DNA of 53,080 nt from a virus (IMGVR_UViG_3300025162_000064:1-53080), one strand, 5' to 3'. Positions 44,580-53,080 are shown, numbered from the stretch's first letter. Numbers and translations are program-made. The notes: generated by a model not told the origin, from the letters alone.

Positions 44580-47500
44580 TCACTGAACCGCTGTAGAAAA
44601 GTAGCGATATGTACCCGGGTGATTTATTTCAATATTTTTCGGTGAAGAAAAATACTGTCCCTTGTCGGGGTATTTGCTAGTTTCTGGCGATTGAATTATA
44701 TAATTTAAAGGGGAAATGCCGCCCAATCCCGGTTGAGGCGTCATTAAGTGCATTAAATATAACTTATCTTGTTGTTGTTGGGCTAGGCCGTGGTCGGTGT
44801 TAAACGCAGACTCTACGAAAGCCGGCGCTCCCAATTGCATACCCGTTTCCCGAGAACCAATGGCACGGTAATTTTTAGCATAAGCATTAATGTCTATATC
44901 TCTTTGATTGGAAACCAAAAGGTCTGCAATTATGCTTTTGACCGTTCCAGAATTTAATGTACTATTTGCCATGCCTTCCGAAAGATTGCTTAAAGCAGAA
45001 ACAGCGCGTTCGTTCATTCCACTTGCTTTGGCCGCAACCAAAGCTTTTGAAATTTTTTCACCAAGTTGGGCGGAATTTACGCTTTCTGAAAGTGCTTCGT
45101 GTTTAATGCCAACAATATCCAAAATTGAGTTTGCAACAGCAGCTAAGTTTTGAGTAGTTGGAGCTAATGAGCCTGTAGAAAGGAATCCTTCTGGCCGCAC
45201 CAATGTCCCGGCAAGCTCAAGGAGTTGCTGCTTTTGTTTTATAGCTTGAGCGGAATTGGCCGCTAATGTGTCTTGATAAGCTTTCAACGGCTCGGGAGGT
45301 GGCATGCCAGAAGCTTGGTATGTGCTTACTTCTTGCGCAATTTGCGCTTTGCCGCCATTTCCAATGACGGGAGTATATGTATAAGTTTGTGGCGTTTCTG
45401 CGGTTGTTGATATCCTGGGTGTGGTGCCGGCAGGCGGCGTGACGGAGGAAGCTACAGGCGGCGCGGCGGGGGGAGCTACAAGCGCGGCGGGGGGAGCTAC
45501 AGGCGCGGCGGAGGAAGCTACAGGCGGCGCGGCGGAGGAAGCTACAGGCGGCGCGGCGGAGGAAGCTACAGGCGGCGCGGCGGAGGAAGCTACAGGCGGC
45601 GCGGCGGAGGGATCGACAACAGATGAAACAATTGCCCCCGCAGGCTCACCAAAAACCGGAGGCCTGCCCCGTTGATACCATTCAGCTTGATTAATAATCG
45701 CTCCATTACGCAACATAACCATCGGAATGAGGTTTGGAGTTTGAAAGAACGCTTTTTGTGTAATTTCTTGTTGTTGTTTAAGCATATCTTGTTGGCTCTT
45801 GGCAACCGTTTGACGTTGGCTACCCGCTTGACTTTCGGCAAGGTTCCGCGCGGCTTCGCTTGTCGCTTGATCTGCAAGAGCTTTTTGTCCAGCATTGAAG
45901 CCCGACGCTCCACCACCAACGGCACCCAGGATGGCGGCTATGGGGTTGCGAGCGCCGCGCATGCCACCGATTGCACCAGCAACTCCGCCGAGAACATCTT
46001 GATTGCGCTGGAACCAATTCAAAGGCTGCGCTTGCATTTGCTGGTATGGGCTTCCGTTCGGCGGGATCAAGCCAGCGGATTGTGATTGGTCAGTAGAAAT
46101 AGAACCTCTACCTAAGCCAGAAGTCTCGCCACCGCCACCGCCATCACTTCCCCCTACAACATTACCGTTACCATCATTCATGCGTGACATGACATGCTGG
46201 ACGTAATTCGGGTCTCCACCACCATTATATGCCGCTAAAGCCGTTCGACGTTGAGTGGGATCATTCAAGTTTGAAGCGCCGCCAGCCAACCCTTTGGCTT
46301 TAAGATAATCCAATGCAAAATTTACATTGTTATCAATATTTTCTGACCCAACCAAGGTTGCGGGATCAACTCCTGTCATTCCATATCCGGGATTTCGCGC
46401 GGTGCTGGGCCGAATTTGACCCAATCCAATTTCTTCGGCTCCGCCCGTCAAATTTGGATCAAAAGAACTTTCTTGGTTAAACATGGCGAGCGCTAAATTG
46501 ATTGGGATGCCTCGTTTAGCAGCGGCTTCTGTAATAGTTTTCTTAACCGCTTCAGGAGTTGATGCGTCTGCGTTGGCATTACCACGAGAAATAATGTCTT
46601 TTAATCTTTGATCTGTATTAGTGTCTGTGTTGGTGTCGGTAGGCACAAACGGCGCAGGAACAGAAGGCCGAGCATTGTCTGCATTTGGACCGCCAGCAAT
46701 AGATTGAGCCGCCTGAATGGCAGCTTGCATACGGGCATCGTAATTGCCTCGCATGACATCCACGCGGTCATTCAGCGTGTCGCCAGTGATGGGTTGCGTC
46801 TGATTTCCAGGGGAAAGGTCATTGGAATATGGAGCCTGTTCAGGAGTTTTCGCGCTCAAGTCCGAAACGATTTCATTGACGGCGCTGGGAGATAACCCAG
46901 TTGCACTTTTTTGCGGATTCAACCAGCGCCCAAAAATGCTTTGATTTTCCGGGTCTGGTTGATAGGTGTCGGAATTATCGGTTGTTGCGTCATTAGTGCC
47001 GACGCTTCCGATTAGGGCATACCCCTTTCGACCATCAACGGACCCACCATCCTTAAAAACGGAGCCGATAAGGCCAGCAAGTTTCAATAAATCACCAAGG
47101 CCGCCCCCGCTGCCGCCCTTGGACCCGCTGGATTGCTGCGGCTGCTGAATCTGCGGCGGGTTAAACGGAACGTCAGGGATATTAAAGTCGATGTCGGAAT
47201 TATAGTCAGGGATGGCGGCTTCTTGCCCAGCAGACGTGTAAACGCTTCCTGCGTTGGCGTAGTGCCCACGGCCAGCAAGACCGCCAGAGGCAAACCCAAG
47301 AGCAGAGCCAATGGTGGACAAAAGACCTGGGTTGCTACTGTTCGACTGTGTGTTACTCGACTGCGTGTTGCTGTTGTCGCCGGCAAAGAAATTATAGTCG
47401 TTCTGAAGCGCCTTCAGATCGTTGACGCCATGGGTCAGTCCACCGACGACAGAGGTGTTGTTCGGTTGCTGAATGAATGGGCCGCGCATGATCTGGCTAG

Positions 47501-50500
47501 GATGAGCCTGCATATTGATGCCAGCAAGACCATGACCGGGTTGTGCATTCATGCTGGTCATGGGCTGATAGCCAGCCGGCATGCCCGGCAGAAGGCCATT
47601 ATTCGCCTGCATCATCGCCTGAATGTCGGAAATTTGCTGCAAAGACAAACCAAGGCCGGACGCCGCGCCGCCGTAGTATTTACCTACGCGACCACCGCTA
47701 TTGCGTTCATCTGGTCCTGCGCCGCCGTTCCTTGGTTCGGACTCTTCTTGAGAAGCGGTGCCGCCGTAAGCGCGGTGGATGCGACCGCCGTTGGCATAAA
47801 CGCCGCCCGACGATCCAACGTTAGGATTTCCGCTGTCGCTTTGGGATGGGCTAACGCTATCGTGAGCGCTCTCCATAGCCGCTTCCATTACAGCGCCATC
47901 GTTCGCGCTGACGCCCGGCCCCCAACCGCTACCACCAGTTGCAATGTTATCGAGCGCCGCGCCCAGCCCCTTAACGTCGCCCATGAAGGAGCCTGTCCCG
48001 ACAGAAGCACCAGTCCCGGTGTTCGGCCCACCCATACCACCAAGCTCACCGGCACCAAGGCCGGTAGACGTCGCGCTCATATATGGGATGCTAGACGTGG
48101 TCGTCGGAGCAGACGACGTAGTCGTGCCAGACGAGGATGTGGCCGGCGGTGCGCGTAGGGCAGCCGGGTTTAACAGCGAATAATCAGACAACATCTGGCT
48201 TGCGGACGGTTTGGCAACGGTTTGGCTGCCTAGCGTATTGAAAATATCACCCCAGGCTGCGCTGGAAGGAGCAAGGCCATATGAGGCGGTTCCGGTCGGG
48301 TTATAAATCGCCTGAATGGCGCTCATAACATCAGGGGTGCCACCATATGCAAACCCTTCGCCGGCATGTTCTTCGCCAACCGCGCCACCCATGCTCGACG
48401 GGATCAGGCCACCGGATGCGTATTTTGAACGCACCGAACCGCCGCGTGCATTGCCAAAGATCGACATTGGCTGGGTCGTTGTCGTCGTAGCGCCATACAA
48501 CGGACCCAGGGAACCAACGGCATTGGTGTAGAATTGCGACGTCTGGAATGGGTATGCCTGCTGTTGCAGGAACTGATTGTATAGGGCGGTAAGGCCGGCT
48601 TGCTGCGTCTGTTGAGCGACTTGACCTGCGCCCATCTGTGCCTGCGCACCCTGCAATGCAGCACCCTGAGCGCCCGTCCCTAGGGCAGCAAGCTGCTGCG
48701 AAGCACCGGTCCCCATGCCATACAACTGATTGCCAAGAGCAGCCTGCTGCGCCGCCGTAGTGGCACCCTGCGTGAACGCCTGATTGCCTACGCCGGCAAG
48801 GCCCTGTGCGGCACCTGTTTGTTGACCGTAAACGTTCTGACCGAGGCCAGCCAAAGCTTGACCGGTGCCGGTGTATTGGTTGTAAGCCTGATTGCCGAGG
48901 GCAGCCTGCTGTGCAGCCGCGCCCATGCCTTGAGCATACTGTTGCTGACCAAGAGCGCCGACACCCTGTGCGACAGTGGTCCCTTGACCGAATACGTTCT
49001 GACCCAGATTAGAAAGCGCCTGTCCGGTTCCGGTATATTGGTTGTAAGCCTGATTGCCGAGAGCAGCCTGTTGTGCAGCCGCACCCATGCCTTGGGCATA
49101 CTGCTGCTGACCAAGGTTGCCGATACCTTGCGCAACGGTCGTCCCTTGACCGAATACGTTCTGTCCAAGATTAGAAAGCGCCTGACCTGTCCCAGTGTAT
49201 TGATTGTATGCTTGGTTGCCGAGAGCAGCCTGTTGTGCCGCAGCACCCATACCTTGGGCATATTGCTGCTGACCAAGAGCGCCGACGCCTTGGGCAACTG
49301 CCGTTCCTTGACCGAAGATATTTTGACCAAGATTAGACAACGCCTGACCGGTTCCGGTGTATTGGTTGTATAGGTTCTGGCCTGTCGTCTGCAACGCGGC
49401 GCGATTTGCCTGCTGTGCGGAGAGATTTACACCCTGTTGCTGCTGTGCCGCCGTAAGTGCCTGATTGTATCCGGTATTAAGGAAATTGGCGTTTGTTTGC
49501 GAGTTGGCTAAATTCTGCTGATAGGCAAGATTTGCCTGGGCAATGCCAGCGCGATCACCGCCGAATGCACCAGCCTGGATGGAATTACCTTGCAGGCCGG
49601 ACGCCTGTTGGGCGTTCTGCATGTTTTCGCCGGCCAACATCGAATTGTATGCCGAGCCGAGGAACGGCGACATAAACTGGCCGATCTGCTGCCCACCGAT
49701 CTGCTGGGCATTGACTGCCTGTCCACCGCCATAGGTATAAGGATTGGCAGCTTCTATGCCGGCACTATAAGCAGAACCAGCCGCCTGATTGTATGGCGAC
49801 ACAGCCTGTTGAGCCTGCCCATACTGGCCCATAGCAGCCATATTAGCCATTGAACCTTGCTGTTGAGCCTGCCCGACATTTTGGGCGCTCATAGCATTCA
49901 TCGGCATGCCGGCAGCTAGTCCGGCACTATACGAAGCGCCTGCTGCTTGGTTGTATGGAGATACAGCCTGTTGAGCCTGTCCATACTGGCCCATAGCAGC
50001 CATGTTAGCCATAGAACCCTGTTGCTGGGCTTGCCCGACATTTTGGGCGCTCATGGCATTCATGGGCATGCCGGCAGCTAGGCCAGCACTATACGAAGCG
50101 CCTGCTGCTTGGTTGTATGGCGACACAGCCTGTTGAGCCTGCCCATACTGGCCCATAGCGGCCATGTTAGCCATAGAACCCTGTTGCTGGGCTTGCCCGA
50201 CATTTTGGGCGCTCATGGCATTCATGGGCATGCCGGCAGCAAGACCGGCACTATACGAAGCGCCTGCGGCTTGGTTATATGGGTCAGCAGCGCCGGGTGC
50301 GCCGGCATATCCATATGCAGCAGCCTGATTAAGTCCGGCACCGATACCCTGGGCCTGACCCAGCGTGTTCGCGGCACCATAAATAAAGGGTTGGGCTTGC
50401 CCCATGCCAGTCGCAAGAGCGCCAGTGGCCGCTTGATAATATGGCTGCGCCTGACCGGCGGCAGCGTTGGTATTGGCAATACCGGCCTGCTGGGTGTTGT

Positions 50501-50663
50501 TTAGACCGGCGACAAAGGCATTGGGGTCGGATGAATATGACTGGAATGGTGTGCCGGCGGCGGTGGCAGCGTTAGTTACGGCAGTGTTGTAGTTCGCCGC
50601 AACCTGCTGGGGGATGCTCGTGGTCGAAGTAGAAGTAACAGGCTGCAGAAACGGGTTAGACAT
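44580..50663 (-). CDS. Large DNA-ejection protein with Gln/Gly/Ala helical repeats, AFGGxR motif, multiple GG motifs and an SLT lytic transglycosylase domain
   Basis: 2027 aa; SLT motifs at about 46190-46560 (ALAMFNQESSF, IGLGQI.P.TA, ALAAYNGG); GAFGGDR in the N-terminal third. Confidence 0.8.
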   Translation of the reverse strand: MSNPFLQPVTSTSTTSIPQQVAANYNTAVTNAATAAGTPFQSYSSDPNAFVAGLNNTQQAGIANTNAAAGQAQPYYQAATGALATGMGQAQPFIYGAANTLGQAQGIGAGLNQAAAYGYAGAPGAADPYNQAAGASYSAGLAAGMPMNAMSAQNVGQAQQQGSMANMAAMGQYGQAQQAVSPYNQAAGASYSAGLAAGMPMNAMSAQNVGQAQQQGSMANMAAMGQYGQAQQAVSPYNQAAGASYSAGLAAGMPMNAMSAQNVGQAQQQGSMANMAAMGQYGQAQQAVSPYNQAAGSAYSAGIEAANPYTYGGGQAVNAQQIGGQQIGQFMSPFLGSAYNSMLAGENMQNAQQASGLQGNSIQAGAFGGDRAGIAQANLAYQQNLANSQTNANFLNTGYNQALTAAQQQQGVNLSAQQANRAALQTTGQNLYNQYTGTGQALSNLGQNIFGQGTAVAQGVGALGQQQYAQGMGAAAQQAALGNQAYNQYTGTGQALSNLGQNVFGQGTTVAQGIGNLGQQQYAQGMGAAAQQAALGNQAYNQYTGTGQALSNLGQNVFGQGTTVAQGVGALGQQQYAQGMGAAAQQAALGNQAYNQYTGTGQALAGLGQNVYGQQTGAAQGLAGVGNQAFTQGATTAAQQAALGNQLYGMGTGASQQLAALGTGAQGAALQGAQAQMGAGQVAQQTQQAGLTALYNQFLQQQAYPFQTSQFYTNAVGSLGPLYGATTTTTQPMSIFGNARGGSVRSKYASGGLIPSSMGGAVGEEHAGEGFAYGGTPDVMSAIQAIYNPTGTASYGLAPSSAAWGDIFNTLGSQTVAKPSASQMLSDYSLLNPAALRAPPATSSSGTTTSSAPTTTSSIPYMSATSTGLGAGELGGMGGPNTGTGASVGTGSFMGDVKGLGAALDNIATGGSGWGPGVSANDGAVMEAAMESAHDSVSPSQSDSGNPNVGSSGGVYANGGRIHRAYGGTASQEESEPRNGGAGPDERNSGGRVGKYYGGAASGLGLSLQQISDIQAMMQANNGLLPGMPAGYQPMTSMNAQPGHGLAGINMQAHPSQIMRGPFIQQPNNTSVVGGLTHGVNDLKALQNDYNFFAGDNSNTQSSNTQSNSSNPGLLSTIGSALGFASGGLAGRGHYANAGSVYTSAGQEAAIPDYNSDIDFNIPDVPFNPPQIQQPQQSSGSKGGSGGGLGDLLKLAGLIGSVFKDGGSVDGRKGYALIGSVGTNDATTDNSDTYQPDPENQSIFGRWLNPQKSATGLSPSAVNEIVSDLSAKTPEQAPYSNDLSPGNQTQPITGDTLNDRVDVMRGNYDARMQAAIQAAQSIAGGPNADNARPSVPAPFVPTDTNTDTNTDQRLKDIISRGNANADASTPEAVKKTITEAAAKRGIPINLALAMFNQESSFDPNLTGGAEEIGLGQIRPSTARNPGYGMTGVDPATLVGSENIDNNVNFALDYLKAKGLAGGASNLNDPTQRRTALAAYNGGGDPNYVQHVMSRMNDGNGNVVGGSDGGGGGETSGLGRGSISTDQSQSAGLIPPNGSPYQQMQAQPLNWFQRNQDVLGGVAGAIGGMRGARNPIAAILGAVGGGASGFNAGQKALADQATSEAARNLAESQAGSQRQTVAKSQQDMLKQQQEITQKAFFQTPNLIPMVMLRNGAIINQAEWYQRGRPPVFGEPAGAIVSSVVDPSAAPPVASSAAPPVASSAAPPVASSAAPPVASSAAPVAPPAALVAPPAAPPVASSVTPPAGTTPRISTTAETPQTYTYTPVIGNGGKAQIAQEVSTYQASGMPPPEPLKAYQDTLAANSAQAIKQKQQLLELAGTLVRPEGFLSTGSLAPTTQNLAAVANSILDIVGIKHEALSESVNSAQLGEKISKALVAAKASGMNERAVSALSNLSEGMANSTLNSGTVKSIIADLLVSNQRDIDINAYAKNYRAIGSRETGMQLGAPAFVESAFNTDHGLAQQQQDKLYLMHLMTPQPGLGGISPLNYIIQSPETSKYPDKGQYFSSPKNIEINHPGTYRYFSTAVQ
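45443..45610. repeat. 24-bp VNTR encoding AAPPVASS
   Basis: cggaggaagctacaggcggcgcgg in four identical consecutive copies, plus 21-bp variants. Confidence 0.9.
48855..49372 (-). repeat. 162-bp (54-aa) repeat x3, arm B
   Basis: YNQYTGTGQALSNLGQN.FGQGT.VAQG.G.LGQQQYAQGMGAAAQQAALGNQA. Confidence 0.9.
49780..50280 (-). repeat. 162-bp (54-aa) repeat x3, arm A
   Basis: YNQAAGASYSAGLAAGMPMNAMSAQNVGQAQQQGSMANMAAMGQYGQAQQAVSP. Confidence 0.9.
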
Positions 50664-50666
50664 ACG

Positions 50667-51164
50667 TCAATGCTCCACTGCATCATTAGGCTTGGAGTGG
50701 TCGGCTCCATACAAGAAAAAAGACCCGGTAGACTTACCGAATTGACGTTCGTATAGACGGACTTTTGCTTCAGCTTTATCTTTGGATTCAAGTCCAACAT
50801 AAAGAGGTATTGATAGTGAATCGGCTATCTTTTTGGCAAACTCACACAAAGACCTTGCTCGACCGCCTTTTGACCCTCTGAAGTCAGGGTGAACAAAAAC
50901 TTCGCGCTCAATAAGCACATTGTATGTTGAATACCATGTTTCACTAATATCTAAAAGAACAAAACCCTGGGCGCTACCATCATCGCCCATAGCAATGCCG
51001 CAAATCCCGCTTTGTTTATTGAGCGCGCTGTAAACTGTCTTGTAGACTTTTTGTTCATTTACTTCAAAAATACCAGTTTCTTTTAGGGAGAGCATAGCAA
51101 GAGACATCACCTGATCAAGGTGGCTCATGTTAGCAACTTTTACTGCAAAATTTTTATCGTTCAT
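50667..51164 (-). CDS. GNAT-fold protein upstream of the ejection genes
   Basis: FVHPDFRG acetyl-CoA-binding motif, L..FAK..A and RLYER; position matches the GNAT-like assembly proteins of podoviruses. Confidence 0.7.
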   Translation of the reverse strand: MNDKNFAVKVANMSHLDQVMSLAMLSLKETGIFEVNEQKVYKTVYSALNKQSGICGIAMGDDGSAQGFVLLDISETWYSTYNVLIEREVFVHPDFRGSKGGRARSLCEFAKKIADSLSIPLYVGLESKDKAEAKVRLYERQFGKSTGSFFLYGADHSKPNDAVEH

Positions 51165-51177
51165 ATCACGTTCCTAA

Positions 51178-52386
51178 TCAGTCTTTTTTTGGTCCGGGTA
51201 ACTTTTGCAAAGTCTTGATTGTCTTCGCTCGCATACGCTTAATCCAATCATCCAAAACCCGATGACCAGAATCCATGTCGCCGTCACCTGCCCAAGCAAC
51301 CTCATGGGGAGCCAGGACATATTCGCCGCCAGCAGCGACAATGGGGACGGCTCCTCCATCATTTTGACCACCAGCGGCACGGTGCGGCATTACAGCCCCA
51401 TATGGACCGCTAGACTGACCATACGGCATAGAACCGCCACCGTATGGCATCCCGCCAAAGATGCGCTTCACCTGCTTAAAACCAGCCATAGTGTTCCCCT
51501 CGCCCATCGCACTGACGATGTCGGCTGGGATGACGTATGATCCTGACGGGACATGCATCGGCAGGTGATCGGTGCGACCGGCCACACTGCTATGGATCGG
51601 CCCTGTATGCAGGTGAGGAGACATCTTAGGATTGAAGCCGACCGTGGAAGTCGTGGTGGTTAGTTCGCCGCCATCAAGCCTTGCCGTTCGTTCGGATTGT
51701 TCAAATGCTTTTGCCGTAGGAGCGCCCTGGCTCCCAGGCTTGCGCATGTGTTCATGTGAACCGTGTGCGATGCGTTCTTGTTTGGCGTGGATGTTTGCGT
51801 AAAGACCGCCGCCGGTTGCGCGAGGGACGCGGTCAGAATCAACAATATGAGAAGTGTCAAAAACAGCAATGTGTTTTCCGGTGCGCCCAGGCCCTTCATG
51901 TATTGCGGCAGAATATCCTGCTTTTTTTAACCCTTCGGCTACACTTCCATATCTTTTTTCTAAAGTTAGAAGTGGAACAGCATCAACCTGACGACCTAGC
52001 ATATTCGATATAGGAGTAAGTTCATTTTTAGATAATGGTCGAGAGAGATCAATTACTTTACCATTAACATAGCCAGAAAGCGTTTTTCCCGACGAAAGGT
52101 GACTTGGGTTCCAAGTTCCTTCCAATGTTGCGTATAATGCTGGACCCAAAACGCTATTTGGGTTTGCTTTAGACATATCAAAATCAGATAATTTTTCTAT
52201 TGGTGCATTAGTTGTATGAAAAATGGGTCCGGTCATAGATGAATCGACATTCCCACCAGTCCCACGCATCTTACGCGCCACATTCAACGCCGCCGCAACC
52301 GCCTGATCCTGCGGGTGGCCGGCATGCACCATTTCGTGGATGTTGTGGCTGATCGTCGCCTGCGACTTACCCTTCGTGAGCGGCAT
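51178..52386 (-). CDS. Modular protein: short basic leader, ART-like insert, GLYANIHAK module and GEYV domain, separated by GG motifs
   Basis: RGTGG, RATGG, RLDGG and RAAGG separate recognisable modules. Confidence 0.7.
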   Translation of the reverse strand: MPLTKGKSQATISHNIHEMVHAGHPQDQAVAAALNVARKMRGTGGNVDSSMTGPIFHTTNAPIEKLSDFDMSKANPNSVLGPALYATLEGTWNPSHLSSGKTLSGYVNGKVIDLSRPLSKNELTPISNMLGRQVDAVPLLTLEKRYGSVAEGLKKAGYSAAIHEGPGRTGKHIAVFDTSHIVDSDRVPRATGGGLYANIHAKQERIAHGSHEHMRKPGSQGAPTAKAFEQSERTARLDGGELTTTTSTVGFNPKMSPHLHTGPIHSSVAGRTDHLPMHVPSGSYVIPADIVSAMGEGNTMAGFKQVKRIFGGMPYGGGSMPYGQSSGPYGAVMPHRAAGGQNDGGAVPIVAAGGEYVLAPHEVAWAGDGDMDSGHRVLDDWIKRMRAKTIKTLQKLPGPKKD

Positions 52387-52398
52387 TCAGTCCTCCAT

Positions 52399-52752
52399 TC
52401 AAGAATAGCTGATGGCGGCGGTCATGCCGGTCCCGGTAGTAACTACAATACCATAAGCGACAGGGAAATTGAGAGTAAAAACGCCGACAGTATTTGGAAT
52501 TGTCGCAATCGCTCTTGCTGATGTCGCCGTTGCCGTATTCGATGCATCATAAATTGTTCCCGTGGAAGACCCAGCCACAATAATACTCACAACACAAACG
52601 CGGCCAGGAACGTCAGATACAAGCTTTGTAGTGGCACCAGCAAGTGAAAGAGAGTTACGCGCACCAGCTAAATTAATAGTCGTCTGCGCTTCACTGTTGA
52701 GTGCAGTTACTACGTTCTTTGTGGCTGTAAGTAAATCGTCTAAAGATGCCAT
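52399..52752 (-). CDS. Small virion structural protein
   Basis: MASLDDLLTA.KN.V.A...GTIYD...GIVV..GTG, directly after the nozzle gene. Confidence 0.55.
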   Translation of the reverse strand: MASLDDLLTATKNVVTALNSEAQTTINLAGARNSLSLAGATTKLVSDVPGRVCVVSIIVAGSSTGTIYDASNTATATSARAIATIPNTVGVFTLNFPVAYGIVVTTGTGMTAAISYS

Positions 52753-53080
52753 TTAATACTTTCCGTCTGCTTGGAAGCGGTATCTGATATTCCCTATTCT
52801 CCAAAAGCTATCGACGTCATTACTTCCTACGTTTATTGACACAAGGCGACCACGAAGCCTGGGAGAAATAAACGTGGTGCTTTGCGTCAATGTGAACGGG
52901 CCATAGGATATGGGTGTCTGTCCTGCATAGTCATCGGTGTAGAACGTCATATTCAACTGCGCGCTCTGGGTGCCGTTATAGTAGCCCCACTTGGCGTCTG
53001 GCCACACTTGGTCGATGAAGGCCTTATTGTCGGCTTCATTGATGACGAAGTAGCCAGTCTGGAAGAACGAGTTCATCGCG
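52753..53080 (-). CDS. 3' end of the tail tubular/nozzle gene that begins at 2112 (spans the circular junction)
   Basis: Same frame as 1-2112 through the 127-bp overlap; R.RGR...WR.G C-terminal motif. Confidence 0.75.
   Translation of the reverse strand, partial: AMNSFFQTGYFVINEADNKAFIDQVWPDAKWGYYNGTQSAQLNMTFYTDDYAGQTPISYGPFTLTQSTTFISPRLRGRLVSINVGSNDVDSFWRIGNIRYRFQADGKY

Noticed and set aside
52954-53080. Terminal repeat as a biological DTR or packaging end
   Set aside because: It is exactly 127 bp and falls in the middle of a gene, which fits assembler k-mer overlap of a circular contig.
1-53080. Alternative genetic code, tRNA genes, integrase or lysogeny module
   Set aside because: Core genes are full-length under code 11, and I recognised no tRNA cloverleaf, integrase or repressor by eye. 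tRNAscan and HMM searches would be needed to exclude them formally.

Overview
The window is a complete, circularly permuted genome of a tailed dsDNA phage with podovirus-type organisation. It has 52,953 bp of unique sequence: bases 1-127 repeat exactly at 52954-53080, which looks like a k=127 assembler overlap. A GapR gene points to an alphaproteobacterial host. The minus strand carries a long morphogenesis arm: terS/terL, portal, GroES, scaffold, capsid, head-tail adaptors, a tail tubular protein that spans the contig junction, tail fibres, and ejection proteins including one with a lytic transglycosylase domain. It also carries a replication block (primase-helicase, RuvC-like resolvase, iteron/palindrome origin candidate). 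A short plus-strand arm (32.6-39.4 kb) holds the lysis genes, a PD-(D/E)XK nuclease and an SSB. I recognised no integrase, RNA polymerase, tRNA or intact DNA polymerase. The main observation is a recurring short tag, [KRHFY]-x-x-G-G-x-[VAL], present about 35 times in six putative virion-internal proteins. In two of them it marks the borders of apparently swappable cassettes, including ADP-ribosyltransferase-like domains, two of which are visibly AT-rich; in one of the two genes the borders are also DNA direct repeats. Other notable items: an ejection protein with two matched 3x54-aa repeat arms, a Tlde1-type L,D-peptidase in the endolysin position followed by an apparently inactive paralog, an out-of-frame polA relic, and two RNAP alpha-CTD-like proteins. 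All family assignments come from motif recognition by eye; no searches were run.
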